Source: a bacterium (GTDB taxonomy: Bacteria; Desulfobacterota; DSWW01). From it: a stretch of 64,000 nucleotides of DNA. The DNA lies in NCBI GenBank assembly GCA_040756235.1, contig JBFLZG010000062.1, positions 89,913-153,912 on the forward strand. The letters are read 5' to 3'. Shown here in pieces: positions 1 to 8,988 of the stretch; the stretch's first letter is position 1; every line of letters starts with the position of its first letter. A program made the position numbers and the translations under genes. The notes below the pieces were generated by a model. The model made no database searches and was not told where the DNA came from. It saw only the letters and a list, made by a program, of their open reading frames with translations.

Positions 1-131
1 TGACCTCCGTTGCCATCGCCGTCATCGTCATCGTCGTCGCATCCCACGACACCGATTGCCGCTATCAAGCCGATACAGAGCAGGCATGCGAGTGTGGGCG
101 TCGCCCACTTTCGTCTCATTTTCAGATTCAT
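1..131 (-). CDS. Lipoprotein, N-terminal fragment (runs off the window edge)
   Basis: Not in the ORF track. My translation: MNLKMRRKWATPTLACLLCIGLIAAIGVVGCDDDDDDGDGNGG; basic N-terminus, hydrophobic stretch, lipobox-like VVGC, Asp/Gly linker; AGAGG RBS upstream. Confidence 0.8.
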   Translation of the reverse strand, partial: MNLKMRRKWATPTLACLLCIGLIAAIGVVGCDDDDDDGDGNGG

Positions 132-961
132 GGCTTTGTCCTCTCTTCTACTGAATCGAATTCAAGGTCTCTTCGGTCGAGCCCGTTGTTCCCATGCGCG
201 GCCGCCAAGCCCGAGCTCGATGTTCTCGACTCTTCCCCGGAGGTTATTCCCTTCCGGGAAGCTCGCATCCGGTGGAGCTGATCAGCAACGGTAAGGGGCA
301 GAAAGGGGGTGATCTGCAGGGGAACGGGTTCTTGCGCATGACGGGCCTCTTGAAACAGTTGAGGTTGATCTTGGAATCTTCCCGCCCTGACCGTCTTCCC
401 TCAGCGGCGGTTCGGAAGATCTGCGCCAAAGAAAGGGCGGTGGAGGCGAGGCCACCTGGCTCGACCGGGGCAGGAGTCTGTTCGGGCACGAGGCGCGGCG
501 GCGCATGGCGGGGGAGAAAGCTCACTCCCGGGCGGTGCCGGCAGGAGTCCGCAGAGTGCAGCTTTCTGGCGCGCCGCGTTCGCCGGCTCTTGCTGACAGG
601 GTGATCCACGCGCTCTGGCCCTCCAGGGCTGGTGACGGGCTCCTGTCCGTACGCGCTCGTGTGTCGGTGTGATCCGATTTCGTAAATCGTCGTTACTCGG
701 CCGTCCGGCCTGGGGTGGAAAAGCAAAGATGCGGAGGACGGCCCGCATGTGGGTGCGTGGCCTGCTCGAACTTCACTCGGTTGGATGCAGCGACTTTTTG
801 AAAGTCGCCGGAGTCGTATCCGGTCAGGGTGCGCGGCGCCGAACAGCTCCGGGATCGTCGAGGCAAGAAGTGGAACGAAGGTTGGGGTTGTTCCCCTGGG
901 GAGGAGACCGCCGGTACGGCTCCGGTGAAAAACAGCCCGCGAACGCACCGGCGAGAAAGGC

Positions 962-996
962 GCAGGGGCAGCCTTCACGGGACAGGCTGCCCCTGC
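962..996 (-). terminator. Hairpin, probable intrinsic terminator downstream of the DUF1328 gene
   Basis: 13-bp perfect inverted repeat GCAGGGGCAGCCT / AGGCTGCCCCTGC; only a short T run on the minus strand. Confidence 0.55.
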
Positions 997-1171
997 TCGA
1001 GGTTTGTCTGAGCCGCTGGTTTCCTCGGGCTGACGGACTCGAGTGCACCGGTCAGCCGCCAGGCGTCCCCGGATTTCGCCCTCCGGCGGGCATCGACATG
1101 GGTCTCTCACTACAGGATCGGGTCGGCCATGAGGGGGCCGTGCGCCTCCTCCCTCTGCACTTGACGGCAGG

Positions 1172-1345
1172 TCAGGCAGGAGGCCGTCCTCTGAATGCGC
1201 CGGTAAGCAGCGATACGAGAAACAGGATGAGGAAGATGGCAAAAAGGATCTTGGCGATTCCGGCCGCGGAGGCAGCGACACCGGAGAAACCGAAGAACCC
1301 CGCAATGATGGCTACGATCAGGAAGACCACCGTCCAGTACAGCAT
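1172..1345 (-). CDS. DUF1328 (UPF0391/YtjA-like) small membrane protein, 57 aa
   Basis: Not in the ORF track. [57 protein letters not shown] matches the family pattern; AAGGAG RBS. Confidence 0.92.
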   Translation of the reverse strand: MLYWTVVFLIVAIIAGFFGFSGVAASAAGIAKILFAIFLILFLVSLLTGAFRGRPPA

Positions 1346-1607
1346 CTCGGCGCTCCTTATTCATTCCGCACTTCGTCGTCTGAGCAGGACCGCATCGGAC
1401 GAGGGAGTGAGGTTTAGAGTGTTCAACAGTTAGAAGCGCTTGGGGGTATTTTGGGACCTCCCGAGCTCTCGCGGGTCGATGCGAGCAGGCGCACCGTGCC
1501 GCCCCCGGGAGGGAACCGAAGCGGAGGAGGGGTTTTTCGGACTGAGGAGCGTGCCGTTCAGGGGGAAGAACCGGGAGCGGCCATCGACCGGTCGTGAAGG
1601 GAACCGC

Positions 1608-1654
1608 AACCTGCAAGCGCCGAGGAGGCTTCGCTCCCTCGGCGCTTGCAGGTT
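1608..1654 (-). terminator. Strong hairpin downstream of the 1700..2053 gene
   Basis: 18-bp perfect inverted repeat AACCTGCAAGCGCCGAGG / CCTCGGCGCTTGCAGGTT. Confidence 0.6.
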
Positions 1655-1699
1655 ACCCATCCTGTTGAGCTTGCGCTCGGCTTGGCAGAGCCAGCCGTT

Positions 1700-2053
1700 C
1701 TAGTAGACCAACCCGGAACGCCCTTCGGGTCCGAACTGGAGCTTCTCTTCCTGGCCTTCGTGAATCGGTCCATAACTGCTCACATCGATGCTGGGCTGAT
1801 CTCCATCCTCTTTGACCATGCCCATGACCCGGACTTTCTGTCCCTCGTACCGCTGCAATGCGTCGGCGTTTTTGCCGGTCAGGGCGTAGACTTTGCCCTC
1901 TTCGGATACGATCGTATTGTTGTCGCTGACCTCGCCGATGACCGGCTGTTCGAACTTGGCCGCCGCTTCCGCAGATTGCGTAGCGGCGACTGCCGCCACG
2001 AAGGACAAGGCCATGCAGAGGATGAATGCCGTGCGAATTCCTGAACGATCCAT
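1700..2053 (-). CDS. Secreted small beta-barrel (OB-like, DUF5818-like) protein
   Basis: Signal peptide (MDRSGIRTAFILCMALSFVAAVAA), then G..Y.L.G....L....GQKVRV.G.V pattern; AGAGAAGGGG RBS before ATG 2053. Confidence 0.75.
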   Translation of the reverse strand: MDRSGIRTAFILCMALSFVAAVAATQSAEAAAKFEQPVIGEVSDNNTIVSEEGKVYALTGKNADALQRYEGQKVRVMGMVKEDGDQPSIDVSSYGPIHEGQEEKLQFGPEGRSGLVY

Positions 2054-2302
2054 GCTGTCCCCTTCTCTTATGCTTGTTGGGGGTTGGCTGATCAAAAGGG
2101 GCACCCGACCCCGGTGCGGGACCCGACCTTACCGAGTCCCGGCTCTCGAGCTTAGATGTCCAGGGATGAGGCACGGGTACAGAAGGCGAGGGGGAAGTTC
2201 ACCACGGGCGGTGGACTTCCGCGGCATCTGATCGCAGATCCCCGTCGTATGGACAATGGCTCATGGGACGCGGTGGGCTCGGAAGAGGCGGCAGGGCCGG
2301 CC

Positions 2303-2542
2303 TCATGAGTGGGTGATGTCTTCTTCTCCCGGGCCCTCCCGGAACGGAGGGAGGTGTCGTCCGAAGCGTTGACGGAGTTGATGGCCCGTTGTGGGAGCAA
2401 AAAGCATCCCGAGGCCGACGCCGACCAGAATGCCGGCGCCGAACATCCCCAGCGCGGGGAGCAGGTAGTCGGCGCTCTGGCGTCGGGAGGACAAGCCGAC
2501 CAGCTTCAGAAGGTCTTCACGGCTCATGTCGCGCACTTTCAT
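2303..2542 (-). CDS. YtxH-like protein
   Basis: GAGILVGVGLGMLFAPTTGHQLRQR resembles the YtxH G..GLLFAP..G.E.R motif; GGAGGG RBS; start overlaps the upstream stop. Confidence 0.75.
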   Translation of the reverse strand: MKVRDMSREDLLKLVGLSSRRQSADYLLPALGMFGAGILVGVGLGMLFAPTTGHQLRQRFGRHLPPFREGPGEEDITHS

Positions 2543-2991
2543 GGCTCTTCCCTCCACCCCGAGCTCTGAGCGGTCGGTCCCCAGGCGTCCGTTTCTCGTT
2601 CGCCGGCCCCGGTCTGCATCGAGGGGGGACGCGTCAACTCTCTGAAAAGGCTCCGCAAGGCCCATCTGCGGCCGTCTCCGAGCAGGGAGCCTGTAATGAG
2701 CATGGAGCCTGCAACGCGAGAGTTGAGGCCGCCACCGAGCACGTATCCGATACCCGCCGCAGCGGCGAGCATGACGTAGGGTCTCCGGTCCATTTGCTCC
2801 CGTACGACGGTCCGCAAATCCCGCGAAACGTGGCCGAGGGATTCAGATAGCGCTTGCACGTCCCTGCGCATCGTCTGGGCATGGCCGCGCAACTCCTGAC
2901 TGTGAGCATGGAGGCTCCCATAGCCGAACCCTCCATTTCCCTGCTGCCCTTCATTCGCTGTTCTACCGGATCGTTCTTCCATGATTTGCAT
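2539..2991 (-). CDS. DUF883/ElaB/YqjD-like membrane-anchored protein
   Basis: Helical N-terminal part followed by RRPYVMLAAAAGIGYVLGG; alternative start ATG 2982. Confidence 0.7.
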   Translation of the reverse strand: MQIMEERSGRTANEGQQGNGGFGYGSLHAHSQELRGHAQTMRRDVQALSESLGHVSRDLRTVVREQMDRRPYVMLAAAAGIGYVLGGGLNSRVAGSMLITGSLLGDGRRWALRSLFRELTRPPSMQTGAGERETDAWGPTAQSSGWREEP

Positions 2992-3017
2992 CGCTCCCTT
3001 TACACTGGAATAGACTA

Positions 3018-3221
3018 CTACCAACGAGACACCAACCTCCCGAGGAACCAACCGGTCGCCAGAGCGGCCAGCAGCGCGCCGATGGGGTACTCCCGGGCGA
3101 AAACCTTCACTCTGGTATCGATGTCCGCTGCGACCTGACGCGCCTCCGCCATCCTGTCGCGGATTTCCTGGGAAGCTGCAGAGACCGTCTCCGAGGGACG
3201 AAAGGAAGAAGTCGGTTCCAT
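3018..3221 (-). CDS. DUF883/ElaB/YqjD-like tail-anchored protein, 67 aa
   Basis: FAREYPIGALLAALATGWFLGRLVSR C-terminal motif; AGAGGTGA RBS. Confidence 0.8.
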   Translation of the reverse strand: MEPTSSFRPSETVSAASQEIRDRMAEARQVAADIDTRVKVFAREYPIGALLAALATGWFLGRLVSRW

Positions 3222-3492
3222 GGATCACCTCTAAGTCACGTGTGGTCTGACCGTGTCGGGCCGCTCGCAAGAGGATCGCCCAAGGCCGCCTCTCTCTCTC
3301 TCTGCCGCAGCCCGAAGCCTTCGGGGCCCCGCTCGGGGGCCCAAAACACTCCTTAGATGCACCAGGAGAGACGGACGGGTGCGACGGCCGGTTGCGCAGA
3401 GACGGGTGGAAGGGGCCCATCGAAACGCGGGGGAGCACAGGAGCATCAGAGGAGTCCAGAAGAATCTCGTACACCTGCCGCGCAGGAAAAGC

Positions 3493-5127
3493 ATGAGACG
3501 TTTGTGGGTGGTCGGCATCGTGGTCGCGCTGGCCGCAGGGAGCGTCGTGGCCGCGTCCTTCCTGGTCGATGAGCCCTTGCGGCGCGTCATGGAAGAGCGG
3601 ATCAATGAGCGTCTCAAAGGGTATACGGCGCGCGTCGGAAAGATCGACTTCCACCCGGCAGGGTTCTCACTGGATCTGAGGGACCTAGCGGTTGCACAGA
3701 ACGCGCATCCGCATCCACCGGTCCTGTCCGTGCGAGAGCTGACCGCAAGCGTCCACTGGGGCGCGTTGCTGCGCGGTCGTCTGGTTGCCGACTTCAGGCT
3801 CGAGGAGCCCAGAGCTTACATCAACCTCATCCAGCTCCGGGAGGAGGTCAAGAACAAGCGGTCCGTCGACGAACAGGGTTGGCAGGAGGCGGTTCAGTCC
3901 ATCTATCCTCTCGAGATCAACCTCTTCACCATACTGCAGGGCGACTTTACCTACATCGACAAGGATCCCGAGAGGCCCTTGCGTGCGAGCGCTATCCGGC
4001 TGACGGCCGACAACATCCGGAACGTGCGCTCGGAGGCGGACCCGTTTCCGTCGGGTCTTTACCTGGAAGCGGTCGTCTTCGATTCGGGGAAGATGGTGCT
4101 GGACGGCGCGGCGGACTTCCTGGCCGAGCCTCACCCGGCGGTCAGGGCCTCCATGCTTCTGGAAAGGATCGACCTCGGGTATTTCGAGCCGGTGGCGGAG
4201 CGCTACAATCTGCGGTTGCGAAAAGGGGACCTCTCGGCCGAAGGCGAAATCGAGTACGCGCCCCAGAAGCGGGCCCTCGAACTGCGTAAGGCCACGATCC
4301 GAGGCGTGACGCTCGACTACCTGCACACCGCTGAAACGGCGAAGCTGGAGGAAGCTCGTGCCGAGCAGGTGAAAGGCGCGGCCCAGGAGGTGGCGAACAA
4401 GCCGAAGACGCTCATCCGGGTGGAGTCTCTTCAGGTGCTGGACAGCGAGATCGGGTACGTCGATCGGGAGGCGGAGAATCCATACCGATTGTTTTTCTCC
4501 GTTGCCGATCTCGGTGTGCAGAACCTGAGCAATCACGCCACCGAGGGAGAGGCGTTGGTGAGCATGACCGGGAAGTTCATGGGAACCGGGCGTTCCCGGT
4601 TGCGGGCAACCTTCAGGCCGGAGGTGCGCGGGGCCGACTTCGACTTGGACGTGCGGATCGAGGACACCGAGCTGGCGGCGATGAATGACCTGCTCAGGAC
4701 CTATGGGAAATTCGACGTGGCGGGGGGAACGTTCTCGCTCTACTCGGAAGTGGGCGTGAAGAACGAGCGCATCACCGGCTACGTGAAGCCTTTTTTCAAA
4801 GACTTGGAGGTGTACAGTCCCGAGCAGGAGAAGGACAAGCCGCTGCTGAAGAAGGCGTACGAGGGACTGGTCGGTGCGGTGGGAAAGCTCCTGGAGAATC
4901 CGCCCCGGGAGCAGGTGGCTACTCAGGTGGATATCGGAGGGCCGGTGGAGAATCCGAAAGCCAGCAGGCTCGAGACCATTGCCGGTTTGATCCGGAACGC
5001 GTATTTCAAAGCCTTTCTGCCGGGTCTCGAAGGGAACATCCGGTCTGAGGAGGATGGCTCGTCTTCCCGAGAGGAGGTGCCCGAGGACGATGGGTCGAAG
5101 GACGAGGACGGGGAGGAGAACCCCTGA
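3493..5127 (+). CDS. DUF748 domain (AsmA-like) protein
   Basis: N-terminal TM anchor, long beta-rich body, GYVKPFFKDL and NPPREQVAT...G..ENP...RNAY C-terminal motifs; start moved to ATG 3493 (AGGAAAA RBS). Confidence 0.8.
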   Translation: MRRLWVVGIVVALAAGSVVAASFLVDEPLRRVMEERINERLKGYTARVGKIDFHPAGFSLDLRDLAVAQNAHPHPPVLSVRELTASVHWGALLRGRLVADFRLEEPRAYINLIQLREEVKNKRSVDEQGWQEAVQSIYPLEINLFTILQGDFTYIDKDPERPLRASAIRLTADNIRNVRSEADPFPSGLYLEAVVFDSGKMVLDGAADFLAEPHPAVRASMLLERIDLGYFEPVAERYNLRLRKGDLSAEGEIEYAPQKRALELRKATIRGVTLDYLHTAETAKLEEARAEQVKGAAQEVANKPKTLIRVESLQVLDSEIGYVDREAENPYRLFFSVADLGVQNLSNHATEGEALVSMTGKFMGTGRSRLRATFRPEVRGADFDLDVRIEDTELAAMNDLLRTYGKFDVAGGTFSLYSEVGVKNERITGYVKPFFKDLEVYSPEQEKDKPLLKKAYEGLVGAVGKLLENPPREQVATQVDIGGPVENPKASRLETIAGLIRNAYFKAFLPGLEGNIRSEEDGSSSREEVPEDDGSKDEDGEENP

Positions 5128-5224
5128 GGAAGCCCTTCGCTGGCTGGCCCGACGCTGAGCGCTCACCTTCGGGCGGACAGGGGGGATCCGCCTGGTGCGA
5201 TGGATCCTCCCGGTCCATCCGGGT

Positions 5225-6151
5225 TCATTCGGACTCACGTATCGACCGCACGTGGATGATCTTCTGCCCCTCGCTCTCGGAAACGGTCCCGGTCACGCGC
5301 ACCGTCTTGCCCTGAAGATTGGCAACTTCTTTGCCGCTGATCTGATAGCGGCCCTGCTCGGACTCGAGGACCCAGCCCGAATCCGCTCTCTCGAGCTTGC
5401 CGGTGACCGTCAGCTCCTGCTCGCCGGTCGCTCCCGCGGAGGCCGTGGCGATGTACCGCTTGACGCTGTTCTGGAAGTTCTTTGCAAGGGGAGGCACCTC
5501 GACATTCTCACCTTGCAGAATTTGACTGGCCGCGACGTTCGGCTGTCCGTAGAGCTCGCCGTTCTCCTTCTGCATGACGGAGATGACGGCCCCCTCGATC
5601 GACGCCGACGCCAGCAGTCCCTTGTTGTCGATCTTGTAGGTAAGGATGTCAGCGTTGTCGATCGGCCGCTCGGCACCGTAGGAGCGGGCCTGAACCGAGC
5701 CGACCGGGCCCGCAGTCACGGAAAGATCGGCGCCGGCCGTGAATTTTCCCCGGAGGAGCTTGTCGATGGCATTCTGGGTGCGGAACAGCAGGATGAAATC
5801 GCTGGTCTCTGCACCGAGCTGGGCGCCCAAGCTGCCGCCGGTCAGGGAAACGAGCAACGGCGGGCTCCATTCGCCGTCTTGTTTCTGCATGAATGCCCCT
5901 TCGCCATGTTCGCCACCGATGATGGCAGCGGCACGGATGACCTTGGGGAATACCGCGATCCCTCTGGACTCGTTGAGAAGCTCCGGCGGGATGGTCTGCG
6001 GAGAGGCCCCGATCTTGTTCAGAACGGCGCTGGCTTCCTGGAGCTGCTGGGCCGTGTCGCCTTGCTCGGCTGCAAGAGCGCCGGAACCCCAGGCCAGCAA
6101 GACCGCTGTCATGAAAAGGACAAACCCTACGTACAGATTCGTCACTTTCAT
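5225..6151 (-). CDS. Secreted SYLF (Ysc84/DUF500) lipid-binding protein with C-terminal small beta-barrel domain
   Basis: Signal peptide; GIAVFP.V......GGEHG.G, WSPP, GGSLGAQLG, GADLSVTAGPVG, DILTY....GL.A...EG motifs; AGGAGGAAGG RBS before ATG 6151. Confidence 0.88.
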   Translation of the reverse strand: MKVTNLYVGFVLFMTAVLLAWGSGALAAEQGDTAQQLQEASAVLNKIGASPQTIPPELLNESRGIAVFPKVIRAAAIIGGEHGEGAFMQKQDGEWSPPLLVSLTGGSLGAQLGAETSDFILLFRTQNAIDKLLRGKFTAGADLSVTAGPVGSVQARSYGAERPIDNADILTYKIDNKGLLASASIEGAVISVMQKENGELYGQPNVAASQILQGENVEVPPLAKNFQNSVKRYIATASAGATGEQELTVTGKLERADSGWVLESEQGRYQISGKEVANLQGKTVRVTGTVSESEGQKIIHVRSIRESE

Positions 6152-6431
6152 GCCTTCCTCCTTTTCTGGTTCGAGTTGGCGTTTTCCTACTGCGTTTGAG
6201 TTTTTCGATACGCCGGTCGCGCGCCGGGATTCAACGAGGGTTTGCCTCGGGTGGGGTCGGTCTTGGCGCCGGAGGAAGTTCCGGGGGCGGACCCTGTGGT
6301 CTGCGGGGGTATGTGCGGGACGAGCGCGCACTGGCGTGGGCTGCGTCCCAAAAAAGAGGGGGTACGCGCTTCGCATACCCCCTCCGGGTTCCATCTCATG
6401 GATCGACCGGGCAGACGACACCGGCCAAAAG

Positions 6432-6854
6432 CTAGTAGCCCGAGCCCGAGGAGCTGCCACCCTCCATGCCCGGAGAGCCCCCGCCTTCCATGCTGCCCGA
6501 GGAGCCTCCCATGGGGGGGCTTTCTCCGAGTCCCTGCTCGGCTCCACCCTCGCTCAGCCGCTGGAAGTTGGTCACTTCGATGGAGGGCGTGCCGCCGGAT
6601 TCCTTGACGGTGCCGGTTATCTGGACCCTTTCACCAACATGATCGCGAAGCTGGTCGGCCATATCGCCCTTCAGCTTGTACTCCTGCCCCGCGTCGCTCA
6701 TGAACTTGTTGCCGTCCGTGATCTTCCCGGAAAGGGTTTGCTCGCTTTGCGCGCTGCCGGCGGACTCGCCGTAATCGGCCGCAAGGGCCACAGCCGTCAT
6801 CCCAGTGACCAACGCCACTGACAGAAACGCGAACAGAAAAACACGAGGTCTCAT
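6432..6854 (-). CDS. Secreted small beta-barrel (DUF5818-like) protein with Gly/Ser-rich tail
   Basis: Signal peptide ending ALA; GQEYKLKG....L..HVGERVQITGTV; AGGAGG RBS. Confidence 0.8.
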   Translation of the reverse strand: MRPRVFLFAFLSVALVTGMTAVALAADYGESAGSAQSEQTLSGKITDGNKFMSDAGQEYKLKGDMADQLRDHVGERVQITGTVKESGGTPSIEVTNFQRLSEGGAEQGLGESPPMGGSSGSMEGGGSPGMEGGSSSGSGY

Positions 6855-6920
6855 GAGTTCCCTCCTTTGCCTTCGTTCATTGCTGATCTTCGGAAGAGCT
6901 CAGCAGCCAAAGTCATCCTT

Positions 6921-6956
6921 TCGCCCACATACCTCACCTCGCCCACATACCTCACC
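6921..6956. repeat. Perfect tandem duplication of an 18-mer
   Basis: TCGCCCACATACCTCACC twice (6921-6938 and 6939-6956). Confidence 0.9.
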
Positions 6957-7208
6957 CTCGAACCATCACCTCCTTTCAAAGGCCCGTTATGATTTGCTGA
7001 CCGAAGGCCAGCGCAGTCAACCGGACTTTTAGATGCCTGAGGGGCGCCTTTTGGATACCCTGGGCGACGGAGGAGGGGCGGCCGCGGCGCTGCCGGTGTT
7101 GCCGGCAGCGAGGAAGAATCGAGCAGACATTGCCCGTTCGGAGAGCGTGAAGGGGGGAGCGCCTGTTTGTCGCGAGTACACGAGGACAGGGGCCCGCTTC
7201 AGCGCTCT

Positions 7209-7350
7209 GGATGGATGCAAGGCAGGCGGAGCCCAGAGGAATGTGGCGTACCTGGTGGGAGCCGCTGTGGACCCCGGCTTTCCCCGGGGCAGTCTCCCCC
7301 ATCCTGCATACCCCTGAGCGCAACGCCGCAGATGGGCCTTTTTCAACGGC
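7209..7350 (+). mobile_element. MITE-like repeat, copy A (left end degenerate)
   Basis: GATGCAAGGC...GAGGAATGTGGCGTA...GAGCGCAACGCCGCAGATGGGCCTTTTTCAACGGC, shared with other copies. Confidence 0.7.
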
Positions 7351-7382
7351 GGGCTGGCACGCCGTTGAAGAACTTCGAAGAT

Positions 7383-7506
7383 GCAGGCCGTTCAAAAAGG
7401 TCCAGATGCAAGGCGCGCGAAGGTTGAGGAACGAGGCGTACTTGCGTACGCCGCAGTGACGATGACCGAGCGCAACGCCGCAGATGGGCCTTTTTCAACG
7501 GCCTGC
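7383..7506 (+). mobile_element. MITE-like repeat, copy B (complete, about 124 bp)
   Basis: 27-bp terminal inverted repeats, 23/27 matching (GCAGGCCGTTCAAAAAGGTCCAGATGC / GCAGATGGGCCTTTTTCAACGGCCTGC); abuts the TAG stop of the 7506..8657 gene. Confidence 0.8.
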
Positions 7507-8657
7507 TAAGCGCCGGCGAGAGTCTGGCGTACAGCCTCGGGGTCCCTGGCGTAGATCTCGATGAGCTTTTCGCAGCCGATGCTCCGGGTCAGATCGACAC
7601 CCCGTTCGAGCAGCTTGTACGCCTGGAGCCCAGCCTTGGAGGAGACGTCCTGCTGGATCAGAGCGGGAGAGATCTGGCCCTCGAGGTAGAGGGGCACGAA
7701 AGCGCGGACCAACCCCCCCACAACGGCCTCCTCGACTTCCATCCATTCCTGGACCACCCGCTTCGCACCCTTTATGTCCCGGACTCCTTCCTTGTGGATC
7801 TGCTTGCGGATGGCCTCCTGGGTGTACGGCCGCAAGGCCAGGTGGAGCGTCTCCTCGACCGGCACCGTCAGCAGGGTGTAGGGGTTCTTGGCGCTTGTCT
7901 GCCAGACCATGTAGTGATTGGCCTCGAATTCGAACCGTCCGTCTTCGCGGATGCAAAGATTGGTCGTGTAAGAGCCGAGAACGCCCGTGAAGTCGTTGCA
8001 GCTCAGCTCGATGGCCACGGATTTGCGAGCGCGGTCCGAGAAAACGTACCTGCCGAGGTGTTCTTCCGCGAGATTGCGGACGAGGAAGACCGTCATGCCC
8101 TGGTCAGGGATCTCCGGCTTTTCCCGTTGCAGCGTCTCGATCTTATCGTAAGGGTTGGCCAGGTTGGTCTTCTGCAGGACGAATTCGATCACGCCCCGGC
8201 AGTAATTCTCGAAGGCGAGGGCGTACTCCCTGTTCCTCTCCGGAACAAAGAGCAGTCGGCTGCGAAAACTGTCGAGCTTCCATTCGAGATCGTTCGAGCC
8301 GAGGTCCTTCTGGATGGAACGGACGAGCTCCGGATGGCCGTTGATGTAAGCAATGTTGGCCTTGTGGGTGGCCTCATCGAGGCCCTTTTCGTAGTCGCTG
8401 AACGGCAGCAGGGGCTCCTCATCCCTGGTCTGCGCCTGCACGAGGGAGAGCAGATGCGGGATGTTCTGCTGGGCGCAGGCGTGGGAGACGGTCCAGATCA
8501 GAACAGAGATGCAGACCATAAGTACGGATAGCGTGCCGAAGACGAGAAGGTGCAGGAGCGGTCTAGAGGGCCTGGCGGAAGCGTCCGGTCGGGCAGTCCC
8601 CGTGGGCAGGGGTCCCCCGCAAGCAGATGGGAACGGGTGTTCCCTGCCTGGTTCCAT
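7506..8657 (-). CDS. Hypothetical membrane-anchored or exported protein
   Basis: 383-aa ORF with N-terminal hydrophobic segment and globular composition; AGGGGG RBS; no family recognised. Confidence 0.75.
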   Translation of the reverse strand: MEPGREHPFPSACGGPLPTGTARPDASARPSRPLLHLLVFGTLSVLMVCISVLIWTVSHACAQQNIPHLLSLVQAQTRDEEPLLPFSDYEKGLDEATHKANIAYINGHPELVRSIQKDLGSNDLEWKLDSFRSRLLFVPERNREYALAFENYCRGVIEFVLQKTNLANPYDKIETLQREKPEIPDQGMTVFLVRNLAEEHLGRYVFSDRARKSVAIELSCNDFTGVLGSYTTNLCIREDGRFEFEANHYMVWQTSAKNPYTLLTVPVEETLHLALRPYTQEAIRKQIHKEGVRDIKGAKRVVQEWMEVEEAVVGGLVRAFVPLYLEGQISPALIQQDVSSKAGLQAYKLLERGVDLTRSIGCEKLIEIYARDPEAVRQTLAGA

Positions 8658-8988
8658 GAATGTCCCCCCTTATCGGCGGCTTCTGGGTTGCGGCCGCAAG
8701 CACACGGCTGCCGCGGCCTTCATGGTCATGTCTCATCGATCCGGCCCTCGCGCCCACCAGGCTTCGAACGGCGAACCAAAGACAAGGAAGGTCAAGCGTA
8801 GCATGCACGCACTCTGGTGTCAACCCTACCAAAGGCATATGGTTCAGCCTAACGCAGGGTGCACGAAGTCTGAGGAACGAGACGCACTTCCGGCAGGCCG
8901 CCGTGCGAGAGGCGGGGAATGCCTCGTTGCGCTGGCCACCGCCTGCGCAGGGTGGGCTCGTTGCAGCGGCCTGCCGACCATGCTTGGA

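Noticed and set aside
1107..1130. MADPIL followed by TAG TGA as possible Pyl/Sec read-through
   Set aside because: Two consecutive stops, no recognisable downstream protein and no insertion element seen.
244..1305. 353-aa minus-strand ORF and overlapping 669..1433 plus-strand ORF
   Set aside because: Pro/Arg/Ser-rich with no motifs; they overlap the real DUF1328 gene and a terminator-like hairpin.
6921..7506. Possible CRISPR array
   Set aside because: Only a two-unit tandem 18-mer and MITE-like copies; no regular repeat-spacer period and no cas genes.
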